A DNA stretch of 34,824 bases, taken from the NCBI GenBank assembly GCA_902796975.1, contig CADBRF010000300.1, forward strand, positions 1-34,824, in the 5' to 3' direction. Positions within the stretch are counted from its first letter, which is position 1, and each line of letters opens with the position of its first letter. The stretch comes from an uncultured Coriobacteriaceae bacterium (lineage in GTDB: Bacteria > Actinomycetota > Coriobacteriia > Coriobacteriales > QAMH01). Below are positions 8,349-16,984 of the stretch, one piece after another. The notes below the pieces were generated by a model. It was not told the origin of the DNA. It saw only the letters and a program-made list of their open reading frames with translations, and searched no databases. The position numbers and the translations under genes are program-made.

Positions 8349-8578
8349 AGCCCGTTTATGCCATCCGTAATTGCGGTCCAGAGTTCAGCGACTTTGCCCT
8401 TGAACGCTGCAATTGCCACCATGGCGATAACCGCCAGGACCCCAACGAGAATCGCATATTCTGTGGTGCCCTGGCCACGTTCGTCGCGCACTGTAGAGAG
8501 GGCAACACTTCCACGCGTCCACAGCTCAACGCTCTTTTCATTGCTGCATTTGACTAGTTTTCCGATGAGACGTTTCAT
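8345..8578 (-). CDS. flp: Flp family type IVb pilin
   Basis: 77 aa containing RDERGQGTTEYAILVGVLAVIAMVAIAAF, the canonical Flp prepilin motif. AAGGGA lies upstream of the ATG. Confidence 0.85.
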   Translation of the reverse strand: MKRLIGKLVKCSNEKSVELWTRGSVALSTVRDERGQGTTEYAILVGVLAVIAMVAIAAFKGKVAELWTAITDGINGL

Positions 8579-8590
8579 AGCTATTCCCTT

Positions 8591-9331
8591 CTAGATTTCG
8601 GACCCGAGGAATTGCAGAACCGCAGGCCCTACCACCAATATGAGTGTCGCCGGCAAGATGAACATGCCCGTCGGAATGAGCATCTTCACCGGCGCCTTCT
8701 CCACCTGTTGTTCGATTGCCGCGGCTTTCTCCGCGCGCAGATTACGTCCAAGCTGACTGAGCATCTCCGCCAAAGGCGACCCATAGCGAATCGCCTGAAC
8801 AGTCGTCTCCACGAAACGTTTCAAGGAAGACGACCCCACCTGTTCTGCCAGGTCTCGAAGTGCCCGATCACGCGATGCCACACCGCTTGCCCACTGGACA
8901 CGTGCACCTCGCATCTCATTGGCAAGATGCCCAGTGAACTTCTCGCAATAGAGATCAAGAGCCGCGTCGAACGAGAGGCCAGACCTCACCCCCATGGCAA
9001 CGATGTCGGCAAGCGTGTCAAGCTCGCTTTCACATGCCGCACGAAGTTCCTGATGTTTGCGGCGGGCAAGTATCGCCGGCGCCCGCTTCGCCAGCACAAA
9101 GGACGATGCGAGACAAAGTGGAAGTGCCCAAAGTGAGACAGCGGCGGAAACCACCAGAGAAATGCATGCCAATGTGGCAAAACTGAGCACTGGGTCGTGA
9201 ACAACCTGCTCGAAGCTGACATTGTTTTCCCGGCGTTGCAGCCGATGAGCACGCGCTACCAGAACACATGCCACGGCCCAGGCGCAGACGCCGGCGCAAC
9301 CTAGTGTTAATACCTGAAGAAGCCAGCCCAT
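8591..9331 (-). CDS. tadC: Tad pilus platform protein TadC (T2SS F-family)
   Basis: 246-aa polytopic membrane protein with a T2SSF-like cytoplasmic helical domain. It overlaps the end of tadB. Confidence 0.85.
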   Translation of the reverse strand: MGWLLQVLTLGCAGVCAWAVACVLVARAHRLQRRENNVSFEQVVHDPVLSFATLACISLVVSAAVSLWALPLCLASSFVLAKRAPAILARRKHQELRAACESELDTLADIVAMGVRSGLSFDAALDLYCEKFTGHLANEMRGARVQWASGVASRDRALRDLAEQVGSSSLKRFVETTVQAIRYGSPLAEMLSQLGRNLRAEKAAAIEQQVEKAPVKMLIPTGMFILPATLILVVGPAVLQFLGSEI

Positions 9332-10143
9332 GCTTGCCCCCTGGAAGAGCTCGCGCTCAAATCCACCGTAAGAGTTTTTCGAACCGCAAAAACACCGAGA
9401 ACGTCAAGGAGGAGAGCGAACACAAAAAGAAATACACCAAACGCGCTTTGGAAAAACTCCATCACATATGCGGGAGAAAACAGGCTCACCACCGCGAGCA
9501 AAACGAGAGGCATCAGCGAAACAATCCGCATCGAAAGCCTGCCTTGAGCCGTTTTCGTATGCAACAAAGTATGGAGTCGACTCTGTTCCTGCAGCGTACC
9601 CGCAACAGATGCGAGCACGTCCTTAAGCGCTCCGCCGCTCTTGTGCTGAATCTCCATTGCTGCAGCAAGGTAAGAAAACTCTGCCCCGCCTACGCGCTCT
9701 CTGAGCTCCTGCATGACATCGTCAAATGCTCTGCCAGCCTTAAGCCCATAGACAGCGCCGCGGAGCTCGCCAGCAAGCGGTTCCGGACAATTCGCTGCCG
9801 AATACTCGAATGCCTGTATTAGCGAGGCGCCGCTGCCCAACATGATACCGAGCAGGCGCACCATTTCCGGAAGCGCTTCCCGCATTGCTTCCTCTCTGCG
9901 CTTTTGCTCAAAATGGTCCAGAAGTCGCTTAAGCCATGGGAAGCGGCCCGCGAATTTATAGACATGCCGCATCAGCCTGTCCTTGGGTTCCGCTTGCTGC
10001 TGAGACGGAAGAGCAAGCCCCGCCACGCGTTTCTGCTCTCGATGGCGAAAAACAAGCTGAAACACCAGCTGGCCCCAACGTGCGGCTGCATATCCAGAAG
10101 CGATAAGCGCCACAATTAACATCAGCGCAGGGATTGCCGCCAT
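9307..10143 (-). CDS. tadB: Tad pilus platform protein TadB (T2SS F-family)
   Basis: 278-aa paralogous T2SSF-type membrane protein. It overlaps the end of tadA. Confidence 0.85.
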   Translation of the reverse strand: MAAIPALMLIVALIASGYAAARWGQLVFQLVFRHREQKRVAGLALPSQQQAEPKDRLMRHVYKFAGRFPWLKRLLDHFEQKRREEAMREALPEMVRLLGIMLGSGASLIQAFEYSAANCPEPLAGELRGAVYGLKAGRAFDDVMQELRERVGGAEFSYLAAAMEIQHKSGGALKDVLASVAGTLQEQSRLHTLLHTKTAQGRLSMRIVSLMPLVLLAVVSLFSPAYVMEFFQSAFGVFLFVFALLLDVLGVFAVRKTLTVDLSASSSRGQAWAGFFRY

Positions 10144-11447
10144 TCTTCCACCTCCTCTCTCGTCGCTATTCCCAAGTAAGGCAGGTCATCGACCCAATCG
10201 GGCTCAGCAAGCCAGCGATATGCGCCTGTGCGCCTATCACGCACGACCACATCGACAAATGGGCTGCCCATATGTGTGCTCCCATTTCCATCGCGAATGC
10301 TTCTTGCAACAAGATGGGTCACGCACCGTTTGCCATGCGGAAGGCGATCCTGCTGCACTACCAAATCGAGCGCAGAAGCTATTTGCCCCTCGATAATCTC
10401 GACAGGCATGTCCATGCCATAGCGCGCCATCATCACCAGGCGAGCAACCACTTCCGAGGGCGCATTTGCATGAAGCGTTGTCATAGAGCCTTCGTGACCT
10501 GTATTCATCGCCTGGAGCATGTCGCTTGCCTCTGCCCCTCGGCACTCGCCCACGATAATCCGATCGGGGCGCATACGGAGCGAGTTGATGACAAGGTCGC
10601 GTATGGTGACCTCGCCCTTGCCCTCGGCATTGGAAACGCGCGCCTCCATCCTCACCACATGCGGATGTGTGTCAAACCGAAGCTCCGCGGAATCTTCGAT
10701 GGTGATGATGCGCTCCTCTGGAGAAATCTCGCGGGAGAGCGCGTTGAGCAAAGTCGTCTTTCCACCGCCCGTGCCACCAGAGACCGCAATATTCTTGCGG
10801 ATGCGCACCGCCCAGGAGAGAAGCTGCGCCAAAGGCTGAGGCATAGTTCCGTTCTCTACAAGCTCGCCCAGCGTGAAGGTGATATCGCGAAATTTACGGA
10901 TGGTGAGAGCCGTGCCCCCGAGCGTTATGGGCGGGATAACCGCATTGACTCGGTGTCCCTCCGGCAAACGGGCGTTGACGAGTGGACTCTGCTCATCCAC
11001 GCGCCGCCCCAAAGGCGAGACGATGCGGTCAACGACAAGCCTGAGCTGCTCCTCCGAGGCAAAGGACTCTTCACATGGATGGAGAACTCCGTCACGTTCA
11101 ACGAACAACGAGTCGTGTCCATTCACCATAATTTCCGTGATAGTAGGATCCTTGAGGTACCGCTCGAGCGGCCCCAATCCGAGAATTATGTCGAGGGCCT
11201 CATCAATGAGGGATGCACGCGCTTTCGCGTTTTGAATCTCAATGCCGCGCACATTAAGGGTCTGTTCTACGAGAGCAGTGAGCTCTTTGCGTGCCTGGTC
11301 GTGCCCAAGGGTGCCGAGCTTGGCGATTCGTTCGCTTGACACATCCGCATAAATGGCATCGCATAGCTGTTCCCGAGTTATTGATGCTACTTCGGGCGCC
11401 ACCACCTGCTCTTTATCGGACACCAGATAGTCTGCGAGTTTCACCAT
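10122..11447 (-). CDS. tadA: Tad pilus assembly ATPase TadA/CpaF
   Basis: 441 aa with Walker A SGGTGGGKTTLLNAL, the Asp box/Walker B DRIIVGECRGAE and the His box TGHEGSMTTLHAN, typical of the CpaF/VirB11 secretion ATPase superfamily. Confidence 0.95.
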   Translation of the reverse strand: MVKLADYLVSDKEQVVAPEVASITREQLCDAIYADVSSERIAKLGTLGHDQARKELTALVEQTLNVRGIEIQNAKARASLIDEALDIILGLGPLERYLKDPTITEIMVNGHDSLFVERDGVLHPCEESFASEEQLRLVVDRIVSPLGRRVDEQSPLVNARLPEGHRVNAVIPPITLGGTALTIRKFRDITFTLGELVENGTMPQPLAQLLSWAVRIRKNIAVSGGTGGGKTTLLNALSREISPEERIITIEDSAELRFDTHPHVVRMEARVSNAEGKGEVTIRDLVINSLRMRPDRIIVGECRGAEASDMLQAMNTGHEGSMTTLHANAPSEVVARLVMMARYGMDMPVEIIEGQIASALDLVVQQDRLPHGKRCVTHLVARSIRDGNGSTHMGSPFVDVVVRDRRTGAYRWLAEPDWVDDLPYLGIATREEVEEWRQSLR

Positions 11448-12226
11448 GCCCTCCTCTTCCGCCGTCCGCGTGGCTCGGGCACATAGAGGTGCCCCACACG
11501 CGGCAATACATCCACGAGAACCTTGTTTACGCCATGAATAAAGCTGTTTTCACTCTCCAGAAGTTCCCCATAAGCGCCACAGCTCATGAGTTCATTGACC
11601 ACCGCCTTGCCCTCGTTAATCACATAAACTTCGGGGACATTCAATGTCTCCTGCACCCTGTTCACCGTGACGCTTGTGCGAGGAGCCCAGCGGTTATAGA
11701 TGAATACACGTCGAATATCTGGCACTCCCAGCCTGTTAAGCAGGGAATTTGCCCGAACCGCGCTGCTAATAGACGCGGGACGATAATCCATGACAAGGCA
11801 GACGATATCCGATGAGGTGACAAGCTCCGCAGTGAACCCTGTCCAGTAGGAGCTCGTATCGCATATGACAAGCTCGTGCGAGCGCCGAGCCTGCTTCACG
11901 CTTTCGGCAGCCTTTTCTTCGAGTTCGAAAGATTGCTCGGGCAGACGCGGGGAGAGACAGAGCGTGAGCCGATCTTCAATGCAAACACCCGTTGTATCTG
12001 CAGAGTCCCCCATCCCAGGCAGCTCGCTATCCAAACCGAGCCAGAGACGGTAATCGCCGAACTGAAGGTCCCCCTCGACAAGCGCCGTGTCAATGCCGCT
12101 CCGTGCCGTGAGCGCCGCCATAACGAGGGCGATTGTACTCTTGCCTACTCCACCACTTGCGGATACGAACGTGATAAGCGGAGCTTGCACTGCAGGATAG
12201 GAGTCATCAGGGTTGAGCAGATTCAT
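11441..12226 (-). CDS. tadZ: TadZ/CpaE-like ParA/MinD-family ATPase (no receiver domain)
   Basis: 261 aa with the deviant Walker A SASGGVGKSTIAL. Position between cpaB and tadA is as expected. It has ATGA overlaps on both sides. Confidence 0.75.
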   Translation of the reverse strand: MNLLNPDDSYPAVQAPLITFVSASGGVGKSTIALVMAALTARSGIDTALVEGDLQFGDYRLWLGLDSELPGMGDSADTTGVCIEDRLTLCLSPRLPEQSFELEEKAAESVKQARRSHELVICDTSSYWTGFTAELVTSSDIVCLVMDYRPASISSAVRANSLLNRLGVPDIRRVFIYNRWAPRTSVTVNRVQETLNVPEVYVINEGKAVVNELMSCGAYGELLESENSFIHGVNKVLVDVLPRVGHLYVPEPRGRRKRRAW

Positions 12227-12891
12227 TTGCTCTCACCGCCCTTGGCGGCAGAAGATGAGGGAAGCACGAGATGGATGGTCCCCCGAACAGAGGCGCTCAG
12301 CAGTTCCTGCGTGCTTTCCGGTGTAACAGCGAGCGTGACCCAGGTGATGTCCCCGCCCACACCTTCTTTGCCGCCACTATTGGTCTCCAGCACGAGAATA
12401 TGCTTGCCGAGCTGGACGATCTTACCTTCACCGGTCTCCACATAGACGTCCACGAGAGATCCGGTGCGGATTGCGCCACCCACTGCGAGCACATCATCGG
12501 ACGAGACGGTCACCGCCTCGAGCCCCTCTGGAACCGCGATGCGGGCGCTTCCTGTGCCTACTCGTTCCAGCAGCACGGGTTCGTTCTGTTTGAGCGCAAC
12601 CTGCGCCACCATGCCTTCTACCTGCGATGGGTCGAGCGCCACTTCTCCCTGGGGCAGCAGGTCAACTGCCCATTCCATGAGGGCAGTATTGCTTGGGCCA
12701 AGCTCCTGGCCCGCATCTATATCTGTAGTGGCCACGAGCACCTGGGCTCGATCTCCGCCATAGCGCTCGAGGGCTTCCGCCCGCGCCATACCTGCTTCCG
12801 CACGCACGGTTGCCGTGTACATGAACACGGCAAGCACAGCAAGCGCAGAGCTTACCCCGGCGATGATTAATTGGACACGATCTTTGCTCAT
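12223..12891 (-). CDS. cpaB: Flp pilus assembly protein CpaB/RcpC (SAF domain)
   Basis: 222 aa with an N-terminal membrane anchor followed by SAF/RcpC-like segments (VLVATTDIDAGQEL..., VDVYVETGEGKIVQLGKHILVLE). First gene of the operon, with GAGGAGG before the ATG. Confidence 0.85.
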   Translation of the reverse strand: MSKDRVQLIIAGVSSALAVLAVFMYTATVRAEAGMARAEALERYGGDRAQVLVATTDIDAGQELGPSNTALMEWAVDLLPQGEVALDPSQVEGMVAQVALKQNEPVLLERVGTGSARIAVPEGLEAVTVSSDDVLAVGGAIRTGSLVDVYVETGEGKIVQLGKHILVLETNSGGKEGVGGDITWVTLAVTPESTQELLSASVRGTIHLVLPSSSAAKGGESK

Positions 12892-13090
12892 GAATCCTCC
12901 TCGTCTTTCAACGAGGGAGACTTAATCAAAAATCATCTGTCCAAAACTACCCCCAGAATCTAACAAAACGACCGGGCAATAACCGAATTTGGGGTCTGAC
13001 CTCCTCATATTTCCGTGCCTGTTCCATGAAATTTCTGGCGCCTTGGCATTCGCATCGGTAAATCGCCTGCCACTGCGCTGCCTCGCCCAC

Positions 13091-13130
13091 CAACAAAACG
13101 CCCGCTGCCGGATGTTCGACAACGGGCGTT
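13091..13130 (-). terminator. Rho-independent terminator after the HXXEE gene
   Basis: Stem AACGCCCG (13097-13104) pairs with CGGGCGTT (13123-13130). On the minus strand it is followed by TTTTGTTGG. Confidence 0.55.
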
Positions 13131-13157
13131 CCGCCTGCATTATGTTCTTGCTTCGTC

Positions 13158-13820
13158 TTAGAGATACTTGTCAAAATACCCAGCACTTTCAAAAGCAAAA
13201 CGTTCGCTTTTTATGCGCATGTTGATAGCGAAGGGAATGAGAATCAGCCCAACCGCAACAAAGACCATGAGACCAAAACCACCGAGCAGACCGAGCAGGT
13301 CAAACGGCTGCCTCACAAGCCACCAGATAGCGTAAATCGAAAGCTCGAGGAGACCAACGTACGAGGTAAACAGCCCGGGATTGTAAATAGTACGCTTTCC
13401 CTTCCCGCCGAACTTCTTCTTTACAATCACGCCGCTGCGCGTGTGTCCAATGCACTGCCCAATACCGAAGACAGCAGCCAGTGTGACAATCGGATATGGC
13501 ATCGACGGCGAAACATACACCAAAGCAGCAAACAGTATCGAAGCACCAAGATTCGTGAACATATTCGTGGCCATATTCTGCGGATACACTAGGGGTTCGT
13601 CAGACCCGAACGCAACATTGTTCGCATATGGGAATCCATTCGGGAAGGTGTCCTCTTCGAACACGTGTACCGAAAGCAGAACCGCGAGCAAGCAGACAAT
13701 ACGCTGGGCATGATCCCAAGCGTTCCAGTTCATCACAAGCATCACGAGCATGACAATGCCGATGGCGTACACCACATAAAGCCAAACTGATTTACACCAC
13801 GTGCGCAAGGGATCCTTCAT
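13158..13820 (-). CDS. HXXEE domain membrane protein
   Basis: Polytopic membrane protein with the signature VHVFEED (H-x-x-E-E). Start chosen at MKDPLRTW (13820), preceded by GGAGG; the ORF-track start is 13880. Confidence 0.8.
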   Translation of the reverse strand: MKDPLRTWCKSVWLYVVYAIGIVMLVMLVMNWNAWDHAQRIVCLLAVLLSVHVFEEDTFPNGFPYANNVAFGSDEPLVYPQNMATNMFTNLGASILFAALVYVSPSMPYPIVTLAAVFGIGQCIGHTRSGVIVKKKFGGKGKRTIYNPGLFTSYVGLLELSIYAIWWLVRQPFDLLGLLGGFGLMVFVAVGLILIPFAINMRIKSERFAFESAGYFDKYL

Positions 13821-13856
13821 TTTGATGCCTCCGTTCAACGTTTCCTCGATACCTTG

Positions 13857-13885
13857 ACTATAATTGGTACATTGAACCAATTAAA
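13857..13885. promoter_or_regulatory. Divergent promoter region with a TetR-type operator TAATTGGT-N7-ACCAATTA
   Basis: Perfect 8-bp inverted repeat at 13861-13868 and 13876-13883. The minus strand reads TTTAAT-N17-TATAGT with the operator in the spacer. On the plus strand, TTGACT/TATAAT elements overlap the same site. Confidence 0.6.
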
Positions 13886-13923
13886 TAGCCGCTTCCTCAC
13901 ATACGGCCAATTACGGAGGGACC

Positions 13924-14493
13924 ATGGCACGACCAAAATACACTGAGGGTGATGTTCAGGCGCTCGACAAGCTTGAGCAAGCGTTTTGGGAAGCTCTTGA
14001 GCAAACGCCATACGCAAAGATGAGCGTGCGCGGCATCGTGGCGGCAGCCGGTTTGAACAAGAACACGTTCTACTACCATTTCGGCACGCTCGACGATCTG
14101 GCACGCTATTGCGTGAACCGCAGCCTGCCCTCGGAGCTCGGGAAAATCGTCTTCCTCCAAGGTAGCACTGCTGGGACCAGGGCTTTCGAGCAGGCACTCG
14201 CCTCTCAAACGGTCAAGCGCAAATTTGCTCGCGTCCGCCTTATGCTGTCGCCTAACGCCCAGGCTCTTCAGGGCATCGTTTCTGATGAGCTGGTGAGCAT
14301 ATGGAAATCTATCCTGTCAGAACCCTCGGCAGGAGCAAGCGAGCAGCGCGATCTGCTGCTGAAGTTCGCTGCCGGAGGGCTCGTCAAAGCCCTGCATGGG
14401 AAGCTCGAGTCGGAATACGCGCCCACCGTGGACTCCCTGCGCACGAGCGGGGCCCTCGATGGCCTTATCAAAGCCCTCGAAGACCCCGCCTAA
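13924..14493 (+). CDS. TetR/AcrR family transcriptional regulator
   Basis: 189 aa with the N-terminal HTH MSVRGIVAAAGLNKNTFYYHFGTLDDL. GGAGGG lies before the ATG. It is divergent from the HXXEE gene. Confidence 0.9.
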   Translation: MARPKYTEGDVQALDKLEQAFWEALEQTPYAKMSVRGIVAAAGLNKNTFYYHFGTLDDLARYCVNRSLPSELGKIVFLQGSTAGTRAFEQALASQTVKRKFARVRLMLSPNAQALQGIVSDELVSIWKSILSEPSAGASEQRDLLLKFAAGGLVKALHGKLESEYAPTVDSLRTSGALDGLIKALEDPA

Positions 14494-14534
14494 GACCCGG
14501 ACAATCTTTCAGAGCATGAGATATTTGCCGGTAG

Positions 14535-14572
14535 AAAAATCCCGTCCCACGGCAGGTGCCGGGAGACGGGAT
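14535..14572 (-). terminator. Hairpin terminator after the small membrane-protein gene (convergent with the tetR end)
   Basis: Stem ATCCCGTC(CC) ... (GGGA)GACGGGAT. On the minus strand it is followed by TTTTTCTAC. Confidence 0.5.
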
Positions 14573-14619
14573 CAGGATGGAACACGTGTGGCAAAAGCAG
14601 CCAGTGTCGCAGCGTCAGC

Positions 14620-14808
14620 TTAGATGAGCATCGTGATTGCCGGAAGGCAGAAGGCGACAACCAGAAGCAGGCACAGGGCGATAACCACTACGAGCTTCAG
14701 AACGTTCTTACGCTTCGCGGAACGCGCTTCCATAAAGGCAGCAAGCTCGGCATCTTCGCGTTCTTGCTTGGTCATGGGCTTTGCGCCCTTTGGATTCTTA
14801 TGAGACAT
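14620..14808 (-). CDS. Small tail-anchored membrane protein (62 aa), unknown function
   Basis: Basic N-terminal half and one C-terminal TM helix (LKLVVVIALCLLLVVAFCLPAITMLI). GAAGGA lies 7 nt before the ATG, and a terminator is downstream. Confidence 0.5.
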   Translation of the reverse strand: MSHKNPKGAKPMTKQEREDAELAAFMEARSAKRKNVLKLVVVIALCLLLVVAFCLPAITMLI

Positions 14809-14844
14809 ACATCATCCTTCTCGGGTCAGTTTTCTTCGAGCGAT

Positions 14845-16281
14845 CTACCTGTTGTAGCGGTCCTGGCGATCCTCGTTTGCCTCAGCCACAAGCTTGTCGT
14901 GCAGCGTCGCGTTAGACACCTCGTCACGGATGCGGCGGCGCAGCGCAATCGCGTCGGTCACGACGGTATCCCGGTTGGGACCGTAAACATGGACGAAGTT
15001 GTCGTAGAGGATGCGTCCGTTGACCATCGTCATCATCACATTATCCTGGTTCGCCGTGTAGATAACTGCGGACTCCGGGTTTGACGTGGGGTTCTGATGC
15101 GAGTTGTGCAAGTCGACCGCAATGATATCCGCACGTTTGCCCGGCTCGAGCGAGCCGATGACATCTTCCATTTTCAGAGCGCGGGCGGCATCAATCGTCG
15201 CCATGCGAAGAGCTTTGCGCGAGGTGAGCAGCTGCTTCTTCAAACCGCTGGCAATCGTACGCTGCAGGAGCATGCCGATGCGCATCTCATCAATCACATC
15301 GATGGTGTCGGTCGCGGCAGGAGAGTCAGTGCCAAAACCGCAACGCAGGCCAGCTTCGAGCATCTTGTCAATACGCGGCGTGCCCATACCAAGACGAGCA
15401 GCAATACGAGGGCAGGAAGCCACGGCAACATCGCGGCTCTTGAGAATGGCAATGTCGTCGTCATCGGCATGGATGCAATGCACGGCGAGCACATTAGGCC
15501 CATCGAGAATGCCCCAGTTATAGACATACGTCACCGGAGAGGTACCAGCTGGCAGCCATGGCGGGAAGAAGTCAGCCGTCTCGAGGCTGGACGCGTGCAC
15601 CGAAAACGGCGAGGATCCATAGCGCACGAAATCCGTCTCTTCCTGACTGCCCGCGAGATGCATGGCGATTGGCTTGCTCTCCTTGATCGCATACTCGCCA
15701 ATGGCTCTAAACAGCTCGGGGTGGCAGGCGTAAATTGGGCCAGGAGCAATGCCAAAGTCAACGAGGCTGTCCTTTTGGCTTTTCTCCCACTCGTCAATAG
15801 AGCTTTCGCCCTCTTGCATGACAGTATCGATATGTTCTTTATGGGTCGTCATGACCTCGCGGTAGACGCGAGCACGAAGACCTGCCTCGCGAACAGCCAC
15901 GAGGGGAGCGCCACTTGAGGTGATATCGGCAACGGTGGTAATACCGCTTGCAACTGCTTCGAGCGCACCGAGACGTGACGAGATGACCCAATCATCTGGT
16001 GTGAAGAAGGGCTCGCGTCGCAGAACCTCTCGCTTCCAGTCAGCATAGTGGAGATCCTCAAACATACCACGCAGGGCGGTGTAGCCCAGATGCGTATGCA
16101 GGTCAACGAAGCCAGGCATGAGGGCCGCCTGGCCAAAATCACGAACCTCTTCATCGGGGTATTGCTCGCGCATGGAACCGAACGGACCGATGTCAACGAT
16201 GCTGTCCCCGCGAACGAGAATAGCGCCATGCTCGATATACGACGAGGTAATCGGAATAACGTATTTAGATGTTAGAAGCAT
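14845..16281 (-). CDS. Amidohydrolase-superfamily metal-dependent deaminase/chlorohydrolase-like enzyme
   Basis: 478 aa with the metal-binding motif PGFVDLHTHL, later HL/HC/D motifs (AMHLAGS, AVHCIH, FGTDS), and a C-terminal composite beta-sandwich segment (GKRADIIAVD). Confidence 0.88.
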   Translation of the reverse strand: MLLTSKYVIPITSSYIEHGAILVRGDSIVDIGPFGSMREQYPDEEVRDFGQAALMPGFVDLHTHLGYTALRGMFEDLHYADWKREVLRREPFFTPDDWVISSRLGALEAVASGITTVADITSSGAPLVAVREAGLRARVYREVMTTHKEHIDTVMQEGESSIDEWEKSQKDSLVDFGIAPGPIYACHPELFRAIGEYAIKESKPIAMHLAGSQEETDFVRYGSSPFSVHASSLETADFFPPWLPAGTSPVTYVYNWGILDGPNVLAVHCIHADDDDIAILKSRDVAVASCPRIAARLGMGTPRIDKMLEAGLRCGFGTDSPAATDTIDVIDEMRIGMLLQRTIASGLKKQLLTSRKALRMATIDAARALKMEDVIGSLEPGKRADIIAVDLHNSHQNPTSNPESAVIYTANQDNVMMTMVNGRILYDNFVHVYGPNRDTVVTDAIALRRRIRDEVSNATLHDKLVAEANEDRQDRYNR

Positions 16282-16320
16282 GTGATGACTCCTGTCCCAT
16301 CGAACGAGCTTTTGGCATTT

Positions 16321-16938
16321 CTACTCTTCGGTTTCTTCTTGCTCCGTCTTTTCGGACTTTTTCCAAGGTGCATGGAAACCACGCTTAGATTTCGCGCCAG
16401 CAGCTTTCTGCTCCTCGATTTGAGCGTCTATACGCTTTGCCTTGCGTTTAGAGAGATTTGCGGCGTCCGCTTCAGCCTTCTTACGGTACTTGCGCATCTT
16501 GCCAAGATCCATATAAAGAGCCAAGAAGATAGCGCCGTAGCTCAAGATAAGAAGAACAAGCGTGATGTTGGTTTGCATGCTGTAGAGAGGCTCTGGCAGT
16601 CTGTCCTGTCCGGCTAGCCAGCCAACAAGCCACGAAAGCGCAACTGCAACAAAGGCAACGATGATGGACCCAATCCAGATACGGCGATAACGCTTGTACT
16701 GGGGAGATTTCGCCGACTCAACCAGCAGAGCCGATTCGCGATCGAGCGCGGCTCGGCGTTGAGCGCGCGACTCCTCTTTTATCGTCTTTGCATCTTTGGG
16801 TTTCTTCTTATCTCTCGAAGGAACATAAACAGAGGAGGCTGCCCTCGTTGCCGGCTTTGCGGAGGAAGCGGATTTGCGAGTCGCACCCTTGTGCTCATGG
16901 TTCTGATTGCGTGGATTGTTGAAGCTTCGTTGGCTCAT
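16321..16938 (-). CDS. Basic membrane protein, two TM helices, unknown function
   Basis: 205 aa with Lys/Arg-rich N- and C-terminal tails flanking two hydrophobic helices (IWIGSIIVAFVAVALSWLVGWL and ITLVLLILSYGAIFLALYM). It is co-directional with its neighbours. Confidence 0.62.
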   Translation of the reverse strand: MSQRSFNNPRNQNHEHKGATRKSASSAKPATRAASSVYVPSRDKKKPKDAKTIKEESRAQRRAALDRESALLVESAKSPQYKRYRRIWIGSIIVAFVAVALSWLVGWLAGQDRLPEPLYSMQTNITLVLLILSYGAIFLALYMDLGKMRKYRKKAEADAANLSKRKAKRIDAQIEEQKAAGAKSKRGFHAPWKKSEKTEQEETEE

Positions 16939-16984
16939 TGATACGTATTACCTTTCGTTGTAACGCTCGTTGGCGATGCGGACG

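Noticed and set aside
10134-11339. 401-aa plus-strand ORF
   Set aside because: Antisense shadow ORF of tadA. It is Arg/His-rich with no motifs, whereas the minus-strand frame carries the complete secretion-ATPase motifs.
4650-12891. Tad locus as a mobile genomic island
   Set aside because: No integrase, transposase, tRNA attachment site or flanking direct repeats are visible in the window. Only the AT-rich spacer hints at foreign origin, so I do not call a mobile element.
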